DNA from: Oopsacas minuta | Taxonomy: Eukaryota; Animalia; Porifera | DNA: 64,000 nt | Direction of reading: 5' to 3' | NCBI GenBank assembly: GCA_024704765.1 | Contig: JAKMXF010000325.1 | Coordinates: 225,171-289,170 of the forward strand | Shown: positions 10,984 to 22,652 of the stretch, piece by piece | Position numbering within the stretch: the stretch's first letter is position 1 | Layout of the letters: the number at the start of each line of letters is the position of its first letter | Made by a program: the position numbers and the translations under genes | The notes under the pieces: model-generated | Told to the model about the DNA's origin: nothing | The model's input: the letters and a program-made list of their open reading frames with translations, nothing else | The model's database searches: none

Positions 10984-13504
10984 GACAAGCTAACTGAAAG
11001 TATAAAAGATTAATATACATAAGAAAAGGAGAAATCGAGAAGTAAAATAAAGAAATGTATATAAGCAAAATAAAAATAATAAAACATGAGGGAGAAGCGG
11101 CAATACGCAGATAAAACTACGAGATGGTAAGGGGTAACGGATGGAGAGTACGTAAATTATGTTGTGAATATTTGTTTACTTTTAGGTACATAAAGTAAAC
11201 AAATTTCAAATTCGTAGTAGATTCCTACTTTCAACGGCTATAATGGGGTAATCGAATATGCTGAGTAAAGATTTCCCCATTTTTGAAGTTCTGATAAACC
11301 GTCACTAGTGCGTTTTCGATTCAGAATTAATATCAATGATCTAAAGATGTTTTTTGTAATTATATAATTTTCAATTAGAAAAAATTTTATTGAGTTATAT
11401 TAGTTATCATGGATGGCACATCTTTTGGCCAATATTCACTTAAAACTCGATTGTCCGAGAGTTTTAGTTGTATCAGTCCAGCCAATATGTACTACATACC
11501 CAGTGGCGTAGCCACACCCGGACCTGCCCGGGAACGTGCTATTTTATATGTAGCGCGCCTAAATGAGTCCTCGATATCACATACGCGCCTAGACTATTTG
11601 AATTTTCGAAGCATCAAACTTAAATTTTTAAGCAAACCATACATCCATTACATATAACACGGTTAATAGTCATCTAGAATCTTCAATATACAAATACGTT
11701 TATTGTGCAATAATAATTAACTGTTGACCTAACATTATATATTTATCCTTATTCATTGTCTCTCTTAGCCAAATTACCTCAGCCAATTGAATTCTTCTTA
11801 TAAACTTTAATACAATTCAATTGACCTTTATGATTGTTACGTAACCCATTACATCATTGGTCGAAATTAGGCGCATACAGCGCGTGACACGCACCTAACT
11901 CCTAACTATACAATTTTTTGTAAATACGCTCCTGGATGAAAGTCTGCATACAATGTATCCCATAATAAGAATAATATATTCGCTCAACAAAGATTGAATT
12001 GATTTATCATTTTGTCAATAAATATGAAAGAAAACGAGTGGGTTTAAACAGTAAAAACAATAATACGAATTGACAGACTATTAATACTAACGCCAACTGT
12101 CAAAATGTGATCGTCTTATCCGGAAATCGTATTAACGAATAACGTTCAACTAAAGTTCATATCAACTTACATTTGACGTTAGGTCAGGTGATGTTAAAAT
12201 AAATGAAATCTATCCAGAGGCATTATTCACTGACAATCAAAATTCCAAGAAATATGTTTACAAAGAATTGGAAATTTGCCAAGAATTCTTCACCAATTTA
12301 TAGAACTTTGGATATAATTTAATTAAATTTCAAGGTTGCATTAACTCATTTTGAGTTTGAAGAATCTATTCATTTTCTTGAATGAATGAATGAGTTGGTT
12401 GTGATCCAATGAATGGGTTGGATGAATTGACAACACGATTCGGGCCCGGAGGTATGAAAAGTCTACATTATCTATTCCAAGAATTGGGAAGCATCTAGAT
12501 ATTGATGAACCAAATTATTCTACTTTCTACTTTTGCCGTACCTGCAATATGTTAGTTCATTATGTTTAATATATTTCGAGTTTAACTCCTGGCTATGAAA
12601 CAAGGTGAGCTAGTAGCCAAAAATGATTTAGGTGATTTTGTGAAAGAAAAATAAATGAGTTCGGATCAATAGTATTTCATGGAAAATATTGTCCAAGACA
12701 GACTGGTGGTGTAGCTCAGGGTTACTTGTTTGTGTTATTATTAGGGGAAGGGGGCAAACCCCGGGTTCGCCTGACCCTGACTGTTTTTGGACACATGGAT
12801 TTGAGAAATATTTCAGGTTAAATACAATACCAAGTTATGTTCACTTTGATATAAAAACAATAATTATCCTACGATTACCTTCTGACTAATAATTGAAATA
12901 AAATTTCTAGCGTCATTTAGGAATATACGGAAAATGTGTGAAATTATGACAAATCGCATGATAAATCTGTAAATTTGTAACTCTCAAGATCTAAATTATC
13001 AATATCAGACTCTACGCACCCGATTACCCCTGACAACATATTGAAACTTAATATATAGTATGATTTTGAATATTCCATGAAAAGGAGCGAAATATAGTTG
13101 TAAAAATTTCAATTCCTCCGACCCACCTAATGTATATATATATACCAATTTACATGTAAATCGGATTGCTAGATTTCGCAAGCCGCGCCGATGGACGGAT
13201 GGACGTAAGGATTTCGCACAAATCTCATGCTCTTAGAGAATCTCTCTATAGGTGCTGCACGAATAAATATTGAACTAAAGATTATAGTGAAAATAGTATT
13301 TAATACAAACTTGATCAAATCAATGAATAACCAATAACTAGCAACTAACAAGTAACAACTAACAGATACATATATAACTAACAAATGCTCTAGGCAGAAA
13401 CTTGCTCCTCGGTTGAACGGTGTAAATAACTATTAGTACAAGTAATACCTATTATTGTTAACATCTGATATTTCTGCCATAAAATAGTATATTAAGAATG
13501 CAAC

Positions 13505-13912
13505 TTACGAGATACAGCACAAAATTATTCCCTCGATGATGCCGTATCTCGGAGGTTTATTCCTTTTTCTTTTTTGCCATTTTTTTCCAGCAAACAGCCC
13601 ACTAACACCTCCAACTACTGTTCCTACAATCCCTCCACCAATTCCACCTGTTGCAGCTCCCACTCCCATAGCACCAGCAACTGTTGCTGTTGCTCCAATA
13701 CTCTGTGCTATAGCAAAAGCCGATCCTGCTGCAACAGCAGGACCCTGTATAGCAGCAGCTATGCTACCAGCAGCTACACCTACTGCAGTAAACCCTATTG
13801 CAGGTAAAATGAATGGTGCTGCTACAGCACAAACCACTGCACCGCCTATAGCTCCTGCTGTTACACCTGCTCCCGTTATAACTACGCCTACAATAATCGC
13901 CTTTTTTTCCTT
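13505..13912 (-). CDS. IFI27/IFI6 (ISG12)-family terminal coding exon, copy 1; upstream exons not found
   Basis: The acceptor tcatttag ends at 13913, then phase 0 KEKKAIIVGVVITGAG...AAPFILPAIGFTAVGVAAGSIAAAIQGPAVAAGSAFAIAQSIGA. GFTxxGxAAGSxAA...VAAGSxFAxxQSxGA is the ISG12 motif. The core is 96% identical to 31944-32171. Confidence 0.75.
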   Translation of the reverse strand, partial: KEKKAIIVGVVITGAGVTAGAIGGAVVCAVAAPFILPAIGFTAVGVAAGSIAAAIQGPAVAAGSAFAIAQSIGATATVAGAMGVGAATGGIGGGIVGTVVGGVSGLFAGKKWQKRKRNKPPRYGIIEGIILCCIS

Positions 13913-14539
13913 CTAAATGATAGAAACATTTTGATGATAAAGTACTTATTTAGGACCTACATAATCCGACACCTGTGTAAACCGAATGAAAAGTATAACC
14001 CTACACTATTTCATTCTAACTAGTAATATGTCTTGGGTAATTATACATACAATATTACATGTGCATTATTAGTGTCATAGCAAAATGAATATATTGCATT
14101 TGCATTCAATCGAACATTAGATACAAATGCAAGAAATATACACCACCAGGCTGTGAAAAATATAAACTTTCATAATATTTACTACACAGCTTACGTAACT
14201 ATAGCCATAGCCTACTAAAGATAAGGCCTGCCCACTTCCTCTTATCCCTGGTCAAAAGTAGTGATCACCCCTTATCTTTAGTAGGCCATGTTATGCCTAT
14301 TCACGGTATTTAACCATGGATTACTTCAGTCTATCAATTTGATAGGCAATTCTAATATTCTCAATTATATAAGATTGGCACATTTTGGCTCGAATATCAC
14401 GTTATCTGATTTCCAACAGTAAATATGTTGTAAAACATGTGCTATTTCAAGCCCAGTTAATCGAAAAACTACTGCAACTTCGATTCCAAAATTAACAGCA
14501 AGTACTTTAGGGATGTTTCCATACAATATATGGAAATTC

Positions 14540-14950
14540 TGTGATAAAATTGTCAAGTTACTGAGTTATATTAGGTATCATAGATGGCACATATGTGGTC
14601 AAATCCCCTTATAACTCGATAGTCGCTTGAGTTATTATCAAATGAGTCAAGCCGCTATGTTCTAATTACACAATTTCCCAGGCCCATGTAATACATTTGA
14701 TACGATTTCTTTTACCGGTGTGACGCAATCGTGAATATGCCCATATTTGGTCATTACCAGGATAACGCAATAGTGCTTCAAGATATCGTATCAGAATGTA
14801 TTAAAAGGTTATGGGAAGTTGGGTATATAGTAGATATTGGCTGGACTGATTTGACCATAACTCTAGCGACTATCGAGTTATAAGTGGATATTGCCAAAAC
14901 ATGTGCCATCTATGATACCTAATATAACTCAGCAAGGTGACAGCTTTATA
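14540..14950. mobile_element. Foldback-type MITE with long TIRs
   Basis: Perfect 32-bp inverted repeat 14561-14592 / 14901-14932 and a perfect 20-bp inverted repeat 14608-14627 / 14865-14884. The outer arms are degenerate and the ends are approximate. Related sequence lies at ~23440-23530. Confidence 0.7.
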
Positions 14951-15367
14951 ATTACAAAATCATGTATAAATATCCTTAGATCACTTGATAAGAATTGTGG
15001 AATCGAAGATGCACAAGTGATCGTTTGTCAGCTGTAAAAATGAGCATGTTTAACATATTGCCATTTAACCAAACAGATGACGTCATTTAAAACTGGCATT
15101 ACAGTTTTTTTGCATCTATTTCTTGGCATGAAATAAAAGTAAGATACCGGTTATGACTGTAATTGGATGACATTGTTTGTGTAATTGTTTAACTAACAAT
15201 AATACAATTATTAGAGCCAAAATGCACCAATTTTATATTATTGAGAATAATCAAATAACAAGTCAAATTTTATAGACTTGAACTAATCCATGGTCCAGGA
15301 AATTCTAGACCGTGAACAGGCTTGGTATCGTAGTTGTGATTTACTAGTATTAGGTGGATTCCAAATA

Positions 15368-15617
15368 CACTCCCTGGCCAAAAGTATTGGAACACCATAC
15401 CACTAATGACACATGTGGCATTTAGAACTTTGTGAGAATATATGTATTGAATATTCTGTGGATATATCAGAAAAGGCGATTGTAATGATAAAATTTATGA
15501 TAGAATTAAGTTCACAAATGTTTGAAACTATCTTCAGCCTATACAACTAAAGTAAATGCATAATTATTCCAAGTGTCAATTCTGGCCGAGTGTTCCAATA
15601 CTTTTGGCCAGGGAGTG
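15368..15617. mobile_element. Tc1-type MITE (250 bp)
   Basis: Perfect 28-bp TIR cactccctggccaaaagtattggaacac. TA flanks at 15366-15367 and 15618-15619. Confidence 0.9.
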
Positions 15618-15623
15618 TATGTA

Positions 15624-16932
15624 CTAGGTTGTCCAAAAAGTTCGCGGAATTTTATCCCTAGTTTGTGTTATATACACTATCAATTAGCCCATTGTTTCGA
15701 TTAATTGTAATATCCCTTATCTCAATTATCCTAACTTTTGTAATCAAAAAGTTTGGTTTAGGTATTCTTTTAGCATCATTTACGATTGTCGTATTTTTTT
15801 CTAAAATGGAAAACTCAGAAGATGGGAAACGATATATCATTTGGTTTCTCTGGAAACAAAATAAAAGTGGAAGCGAGATTCTCTACGAGATGGAAAAGGT
15901 TTATGGTAGTAAATGCCCTGGTAAATCGATGGTTTACAAATGGATTGACAGATTTAATGATGGGCATTCAACTGTTGATGATAACCCAAGACCTGGTCGT
16001 CCGAAAACATGTTCCAACCAAGAAAATATCAAAATTATATCAAACATTCTTGATAAAGATAGACGTGTGACTCTGCGGCAGTTAGAGGAAGAATTGGGGA
16101 TGTCAAAATCAATACTTGATAAGATTCTAACTGAACAATTGGGAATGTCGAGAGTTCTTTCTCGTTGGGTTCCCAAATTGTTATCTGAATCTGAAAGGAT
16201 TGAAAGGGTTCGTGTTTGTCGCCAGCTCTTACGGATTTCTAAGAAGGAGCCAAGGTTCTTTGATCGTTTAGTCACAGGGGACGAGACTTGGTTACATTTT
16301 TATGAGCCTAAGACAAGTTTACAGACGAGTCAATGGAAGCGTAGGCATGAAGCAACTCCTATTAGACCCAGAGCCGTCGCATCAGCAGGTAAACGGATGG
16401 CAACAGTTTTTGGGACACAAAGGGAATAATCATGATTGATTGGTTACCTAACAAAGTAACAATAAATACTGAATACTATGTTCAAGTTCTGAAGAAATTG
16501 CGCGAAACTATCAAGTCTAAGAGGCGTGGCAAGTTGAGTTCTTATGTTTTGCTTCAGCATGATAATGCTCCAGCCCATACCAGCAGGCGAACTTTGGATG
16601 AAATTCAACATTTAGGGTTCGAATTACTCCCACATCCCCCATACAGCCCAGATCTAGCGCCCAGCGACTACTGACTTTTTCAGAAATGAAAAGACCACTT
16701 AGAGGTAAACGTTTCAGCGATTTTGAGCACCTTAGGTCCGCTGTAAATTCATGGATTCAAGGTACCCCTGAAAAATTCTTCACCACAGGAATAAATAAAC
16801 TCACATCAAAATGGAAGAAATGTATCGAGGTTAAGGGTGAATTTATTGAAAACTATGAACAATAATTAGTTGAGTATGATCATTGATAAATAAAATATAT
16901 TTGCAATTCCGCGAACTTTTTGGACAACCTGG
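15624..16932 (+). mobile_element. Full-length mariner element (1309 bp), inactive; different family from 4645-5948
   Basis: TA at 15622-15623 and 16933-16934. 28-bp TIR c(t/c)aggttgtccaaaaagttcgcggaatt with 1 mismatch. Confidence 0.95.
15806..16865 (+). pseudogene. Mariner DD34D transposase with two frameshifts and one nonsense codon
   Basis: Motifs MENSEDGKRY..., SRWVPKLL, VTGDETW, DNAPAH-(34 aa)-D in YSPDLAPSDY. There is a -1 frameshift in a T run near 16407, TGA at 16672-16674 and a second frameshift at ~16680. The C-terminus WKKCIEVKGEFIENYEQ* ends at 16865. Confidence 0.92.
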
Positions 16933-17541
16933 TACCTAATACTAACTCTCTACTCAATATCCCAACAATGAATAAAGTAAAATGCAATGCCATGGGGGCG
17001 CCACTACTGCCCCTTTCATATTTAGTTATTGATGGGAAACCAGAAATTTACTCAACATTTACAGGCATGATATATTTTCAAGTATCACGACTAGTCACAC
17101 CAAATACTTCTTTACACAATTGATATTACAATTTAGTCAGAGATTTTTAAGATGGCACGCTCATTTTAGCGGTTTCGCTAATAACTATGATATTAGAGTC
17201 TAACATTATGAGCGAGCGAAGCGAGTGAAATAGACTCTACCATGCGTGGAAAAGATAATCCATCGTATTATTCTACACTTACCTCTGTAAGGGGCATCTT
17301 TAATAACTATTATCAAGATATTTCTCGAAAAGTTGGTTGCTAAAAACGTAGTTTATAACAATGTAAACTTCCATGTACATGTTCAATTGTTAGTATATAT
17401 ACTTTATACTCATGTGAATACCTACAGACATCTCTCTAAACAGATATAATTACAAATTTATAAATTTTGTATTAGCAGTAATCCTATTATATTACACAAT
17501 TATTGAATAGTAGCGTGTATTGATTGCTAGGAACTCTCACG

Positions 17542-18661
17542 CAGTGGCGTCGTGCTATATGTGACCGGGGGGGGTCGGGGCCCCCCAAATATTCTCCGAG
17601 CTCCCAAATCATTACTCCAAGGGACCAGATAAATGTCAACTTTCTGGAAGAATTGCAAATCAAACGTTATTTCTTGCGATGGGTTTCGGACCTGGATCCA
17701 GAACTTGTTGCACACTAGATTGAATTTGTGCCCCCCCACCCCCCATATTTCAATGCCACACGACATGAGGCACATACAGCTTCGTGGTTGTTGTTTATGT
17801 GCATTCGGAGCTTTGTGACTAAAAACAAATCCAACCGAAATATTGGGAGTGCCTAAAGGGATTTTCTATTCAATAAACGCTAACTAGTATTTGGAGCAGG
17901 GACCTCGCCATGATTTTTCACCCAGGTGGGCAAATACATTACCAGGGGGGCACGAAGTTCCCAGGCAAGACGAGGGGCAAAGTATTTTCCAGGGTTTAGC
18001 AGGAGGAATGCTTGGTGTTTGATCTATAAAGTTTCTAGTTCGGTATAACCATCTATATTTGGACGCCCCCTAACGCTTTAAATGGTTCGGGTCCATAACT
18101 GGCCTAGGATAGGGTTGTCAGATGTCGGGGTATGGAGGATTTGATTTCTTGTGAAGTATACATGCCTGCTAACTTTTGTCACATAAATTCCTAAACGAGC
18201 ACAAATTCCACCTGAAGACTAGAAAAATTTGTCTCACTCGTTCAAAGGTTACATCACCATAAGTCCTTGTAATACAGTAGATTCCGCTTGATAGAGCTAC
18301 TAGTTAATCGGGCCACTTGGTCAGAAACAGAACCATACAAATAGTGTTAATTGTTTCGGTTATTCGGGTCAAAATAGCCTGGTCCCAAGGTAACCCTATT
18401 AAGCGGATTCTACTATATGAAACTTTTTAGTAGCTGTTTGCCAAAATATGTATTTAGTGAGGCGCGCTATATATTCAAGTTAAACCATTCTTCAAACATT
18501 GGTGAAACATCCCAGGGAAAGAAATAGGTCCCTGCCCCAGAAAACACGCTGAGTGTCGGACGAACTTTGCCAGGGTTTGGACCTTTGAAAATCTGGTCCC
18601 GGAACAGGTATGGCATGAAAGGCTTGCGGCCCACCAAGTCACTTATAGCACGACGCCACTA
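17542..18661. mobile_element. hAT-like non-autonomous element containing nested insertions
   Basis: 18-bp TIR cagtggcgtcgtgctata / tagtggcgtcgtgctata (17/18). G/C-run subterminal motifs. No recognisable TSD. Confidence 0.5.
18275..18415. mobile_element. CAGTAG-type TA MITE
   Basis: TA|cagtagattccgcttgatag ... ctattaagcggattctacta|TA. A related end occurs at 51550-51570. Confidence 0.55.
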
Positions 18662-19364
18662 CAGCTGGGGTCTGGGCGGGCGCTGTAAGTCATCCAGTGG
18701 AGTCGGGGCGTAGCTCCTGGACTTTTGTACTGGAACGTTGGTTTGACTATCAAAACATTTCTCATAAATGCTTAATACACATTTTGGTTTTAGATTATTT
18801 ACCGTTTGATTTGTGCTTTGCGTATATTAAAATAAGATGGATACTTTTGCTCATAGTAATTTAGTGGATGCTGGTTATAAGAACATCGTCGTTAAATATT
18901 TAGGGGTAGTATATGGCACCGCGTTCCAGTATAATGTTCTTATATTCGGTGTAACAGCCTAGATTAACCTCCCCAACCAGGTTAACACTTGGTATAATCT
19001 GGGCTTGCCTGAATTAAGCCCCGGGGTTAATTTAGGCTAGCTCAGATAAATTGACTACAATATCCTAAAAATAGAAACAATATAATAATTTATCTTGTAA
19101 AGATAATCGTTTCCATTCGGCCCGCTTAAATTGCAGCGCCTGGTAAGCATATATACAATTTTCGGCTGTATTAGGGCTAAGAAATGAGCATGAAGTGAGG
19201 GATAGGGGGATAATCGATCGCAGATAACTAGTTAATGTTAATACAAAGATACAGAAGATAAAACAAATTTTGGATGTCTTTCACCCTAAACTGTATTCCT
19301 AATGAAATGCATATTCCGCAGGAAAATGATCTAATTGTGATATCCAATTTCACAAAAGTAAATA

Positions 19365-19870
19365 ATCTATATTATTAAATCTCAATTGTTGTTTGTTTGT
19401 CCTTTATCAAGGAAGGATTTACGGTATGCAATTTTGAAATTGTCACATAACTATGTATTTATTGTGTTTATCAAGGAAGTAAAATAGAATTCAATAAAAC
19501 TTCACTAAACATATCGGACATGCTGAATCTGAATTGCACACTTTTGGATTAATCATATGTAAATTTTTGTGGTTTTTATGAATATATAATAACAATGTTC
19601 CGAATCTCAAATATACATACAGGCTTGCTCTAAACGGCTACACAGGGGTAACTAAGTACGCTGAATCCGAATTTCGCATTTTCAAGTTTCTCATATGTCA
19701 ATTTATTGTTGTTTGTATGAATATAAAGTAAACAAATCTCAATATTGTGCTAGAATCAGCTTTTAAAGGCTATACTGAGGTAATCGAGTATGCTGAGTCC
19801 AAATATGATATTGCAAATATTTTCCGAATATTTGTTTACTCTTGAGGACATAAAGTAAGCAGATTTAAAG
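19365..19870 (+). repeat. Helitron-like non-autonomous repeat
   Basis: Begins a|tctatattattaaa followed by gttgtttgtttgtc. It is an inverted homolog of 9530-9960. GC-rich hairpin-prone sequence at 19930-19995 may be the 3' end. Confidence 0.4.
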
Positions 19871-21527
19871 ATTATGGCAGTATCGTGTTGCAGTAGTTAA
19901 GATAATGAGTTCATGTATCCGAGCTCTGTAGGAGCGAGTGTGGACACGAAGTGTTCGCAATCGCATAGCGCGAGCAATCGGAGTGCACTCGTAGTGAGCA
20001 TACTTGAGTAGATCTATAGTTTGTTTCATACACAGTGGCTTAACAACGGGGGGGCAATGGGGGCACGTGCCCCAGCTGCAGTGGTTATCTCGGTTTTTGG
20101 CGGGCACCTAAAAGTGCCAGTTTAGCAGCCATGAATGACACAGCGCGCCAGCCTTGATACTCAAATATTTACAGGATCAATTTGTTACCGTCCAAAAGTG
20201 CCCTGGCAGGAGAGTGCCAGTATTTATGATGACGAGAGGTTGAGAGCCTATGACATTGAAGATATATCATACTCGAAACTATTTGAAATAATAACTTAAG
20301 TGATTCACCTCAATTTACGAGGAAAGTGACGAAATTAATAGGTAAGATAATTGGAACTTTGTAATTAGGGATAATTATTTGTGGTGGAACCAGGTTGGAA
20401 ACTTTCAAATCAGCTCATGTAAATCTTGTGCCTTTATAGTAAATGTACAATTAATTAATTAATAAGCAAAAATGGCACACAAGATTTATATTTTAGTCGC
20501 AAAAACTGTGAGACTCACGGGTAACCCGTGAGGGTTGGCATCCATGGATTGGGGCGAAGGAATCAAATTTGAATGGTGGGGCCAAACTAGAGCATACTAT
20601 GTAGAGTTTTTGTTAGGGAATGACTGTTTGCACATTCATTATATTAATTATTTTGACTCATTTATGTTAATTTTCTCAAAATACATACCAGATTGTGATT
20701 GCAGTATTCAATTACATACAATATTATGAGAAATATTTATAGCTTAAGATGGTCTGTTAGCGTTTGTATTTCACAATTAAATGTTAATAATTTTAATGAG
20801 TAGATAATTTCTTTTACACGAATCAGGGAAAAATCCTAGTTATAACATCCAGTTGTATACATAACTAGACAATTATTCATATTAGGTTCATTAACATACT
20901 GAAATTATCTTGAATAGCTATTTATATTACAGAATTGCAAAAATATAATTGATAACAATATTTGATTAATATATTAGTTATAAATCTCCTGCAAACATCT
21001 GATTAAATTGTACGTAATGAGTGCTTATGAATCTATGAGTAATTAATATGAATTTGTTATTTTAAAATAAATTATTTCCTTTTTGTTAAATTGGATATCT
21101 CCATTAGGCCATTTTCCTGTTAATTATGTATTTTCATTAGGAATATAGTTTAGGGTGAAAGACATATAAAATTAGTAAAAATTGTTCATCAAAATTGTAA
21201 AATTGTATATATGCTTACCAGCGCTGTAATTTAAGCAGTGGAGAATGGAAATGATTATCTTTACAAGATAATTTATTATATTATTACTATCAAATGAATT
21301 CGATAGATTATCTCAGTTGAGGTGCTGTAAACCAATATCTTAGATATTTATAAGGTTCCCTTGTAATTTGAAAGCACTCTAGTCTTTGACACTAATTATG
21401 CATACGTATAATTTGGATATTGTAATCAGATAACCACTTGTAATAATACAGCATTACATATTCATAGATTTTTACTATAAAATAGACAAGGAAACAGAAC
21501 ATACATATGTACGTATATGTGAGTTAG

Positions 21528-22652
21528 ATGACAATAATAAATTATATTCATGTAGTAGGAAACTTTATTTTCGGGATATATATTATCTTTACGATTTGCT
21601 TGAATGTGGGATGGTTGATACTCTGTTTAGTACGAGCCTTCAGTATGTTTAGAAGGTACAGAGAATGCAAAAGAACTCCTAATCTTCACCCGATTTACAG
21701 AGATGTACAGTATCTCTCACAACAGAGGAATTTATACAATCTAGAGACTCACTTTGTGAAATTTATTTTAATGTCTTCGTGTATCTTTGTTGAGTTAGTT
21801 GGAATCATCTGGGTCTCTATTATTGGCTTACTTAATTCTAACTATACAAAATTCCATGAGATGAATAATTTTACTCTAAGAAATTACCCAATGGCTCCGT
21901 GTATGGGTCATTCAGATTTAAAAAAATTCTATTTCTACCCAATCTTCATATTATATTATAATATTGAATATTTGCTCTTCTTCTTACTGTTCATCCTCTT
22001 ATCCATCCTAACCCGCTATCTAGCAGCGAGATACTTCAACCGTTCTTTCAAGAAAATATTACTCAAGTACTTGATATGGCTGGCTTTCCAAGTTATCGTA
22101 ATCACTGCTTGTTCTTGTATTTACACGGTGATAGCATCTTACTTGGTATTCCCTTTGCTTTGCATTCTCAATTGGTTTGTGTTGTTGAGGGATGGTAGGA
22201 TTCTCTCACGTGTCCTTAAATCCAAATTGAAGGAATTAATACTTTTCTCAAATAACGCAATATTGTACCAGCAGCATCAATCTGGTTTTAAGTTTAATCG
22301 ATTATTTCAAAAGATTTTACACTTCTCATTATTCATCCTAGTAATAACAATAATATTTCATAGTTGTAATGGCCTTGTTATCACGTTCTATCATTCATTT
22401 TGTTTGTTTGAACTTATTTACGGAATAAACATCACTGTATCGGGTAGTTTACATGATACTTATGGCGTTGAAGGTTTTATGCAATTAATAAATGCCTATA
22501 TCTTTGGTCTCTATTCTATTTCTTCTTCTGTTCCATTACTCATCATAACCTTTCTTCCGATAATCCGAGGATGCGTTAAGAGGTACAGATCACGTCATTA
22601 TGTATACAGATACAACTACGGTAATATCCAATCTACTAAGAGATTAATTTAA
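21528..22652 (+). CDS. Intronless 374-aa seven-transmembrane, GPCR-like orphan protein
   Basis: Long uninterrupted ORF with seven hydrophobic segments (~aa 9-38, 79-102, 138-162, 177-199, 200-220, 263-288, 320-346). Basic residues sit in alternate loops and N-x-T sequons in the other loops. LSILTRYLAA at the end of TM3 resembles the rhodopsin-class SIDRYLA motif. Confidence 0.7.
   Translation: MTIINYIHVVGNFIFGIYIIFTICLNVGWLILCLVRAFSMFRRYRECKRTPNLHPIYRDVQYLSQQRNLYNLETHFVKFILMSSCIFVELVGIIWVSIIGLLNSNYTKFHEMNNFTLRNYPMAPCMGHSDLKKFYFYPIFILYYNIEYLLFFLLFILLSILTRYLAARYFNRSFKKILLKYLIWLAFQVIVITACSCIYTVIASYLVFPLLCILNWFVLLRDGRILSRVLKSKLKELILFSNNAILYQQHQSGFKFNRLFQKILHFSLFILVITIIFHSCNGLVITFYHSFCLFELIYGINITVSGSLHDTYGVEGFMQLINAYIFGLYSISSSVPLLIITFLPIIRGCVKRYRSRHYVYRYNYGNIQSTKRLI

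Noticed and set aside
12700-12790. tRNA/SINE-like start ggtgtagctcaggg with a possible B-box (ggttcg)
   Set aside because: No cloverleaf can be built, and the A/B-box bases are not conserved in sibling copies at ~32540 and ~61790. It is an ordinary dispersed repeat.
13536-13916. Pro/Ala-rich plus-strand ORF, and similar overlapping ORFs at 13574-13807 and 31986-32325
   Set aside because: Antisense or alternate-frame shadows of the Gly/Ala-rich ISG12 exon (GCN/GGN codons lack stops on the other strand).
15665-15805. Hydrophobic 47-aa N-terminal extension on the mariner transposase (apparent membrane-anchored fusion)
   Set aside because: It starts at a non-ATG codon within the T-rich mariner 5' UTR inside the TIR. 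The true start is ATG 15806.
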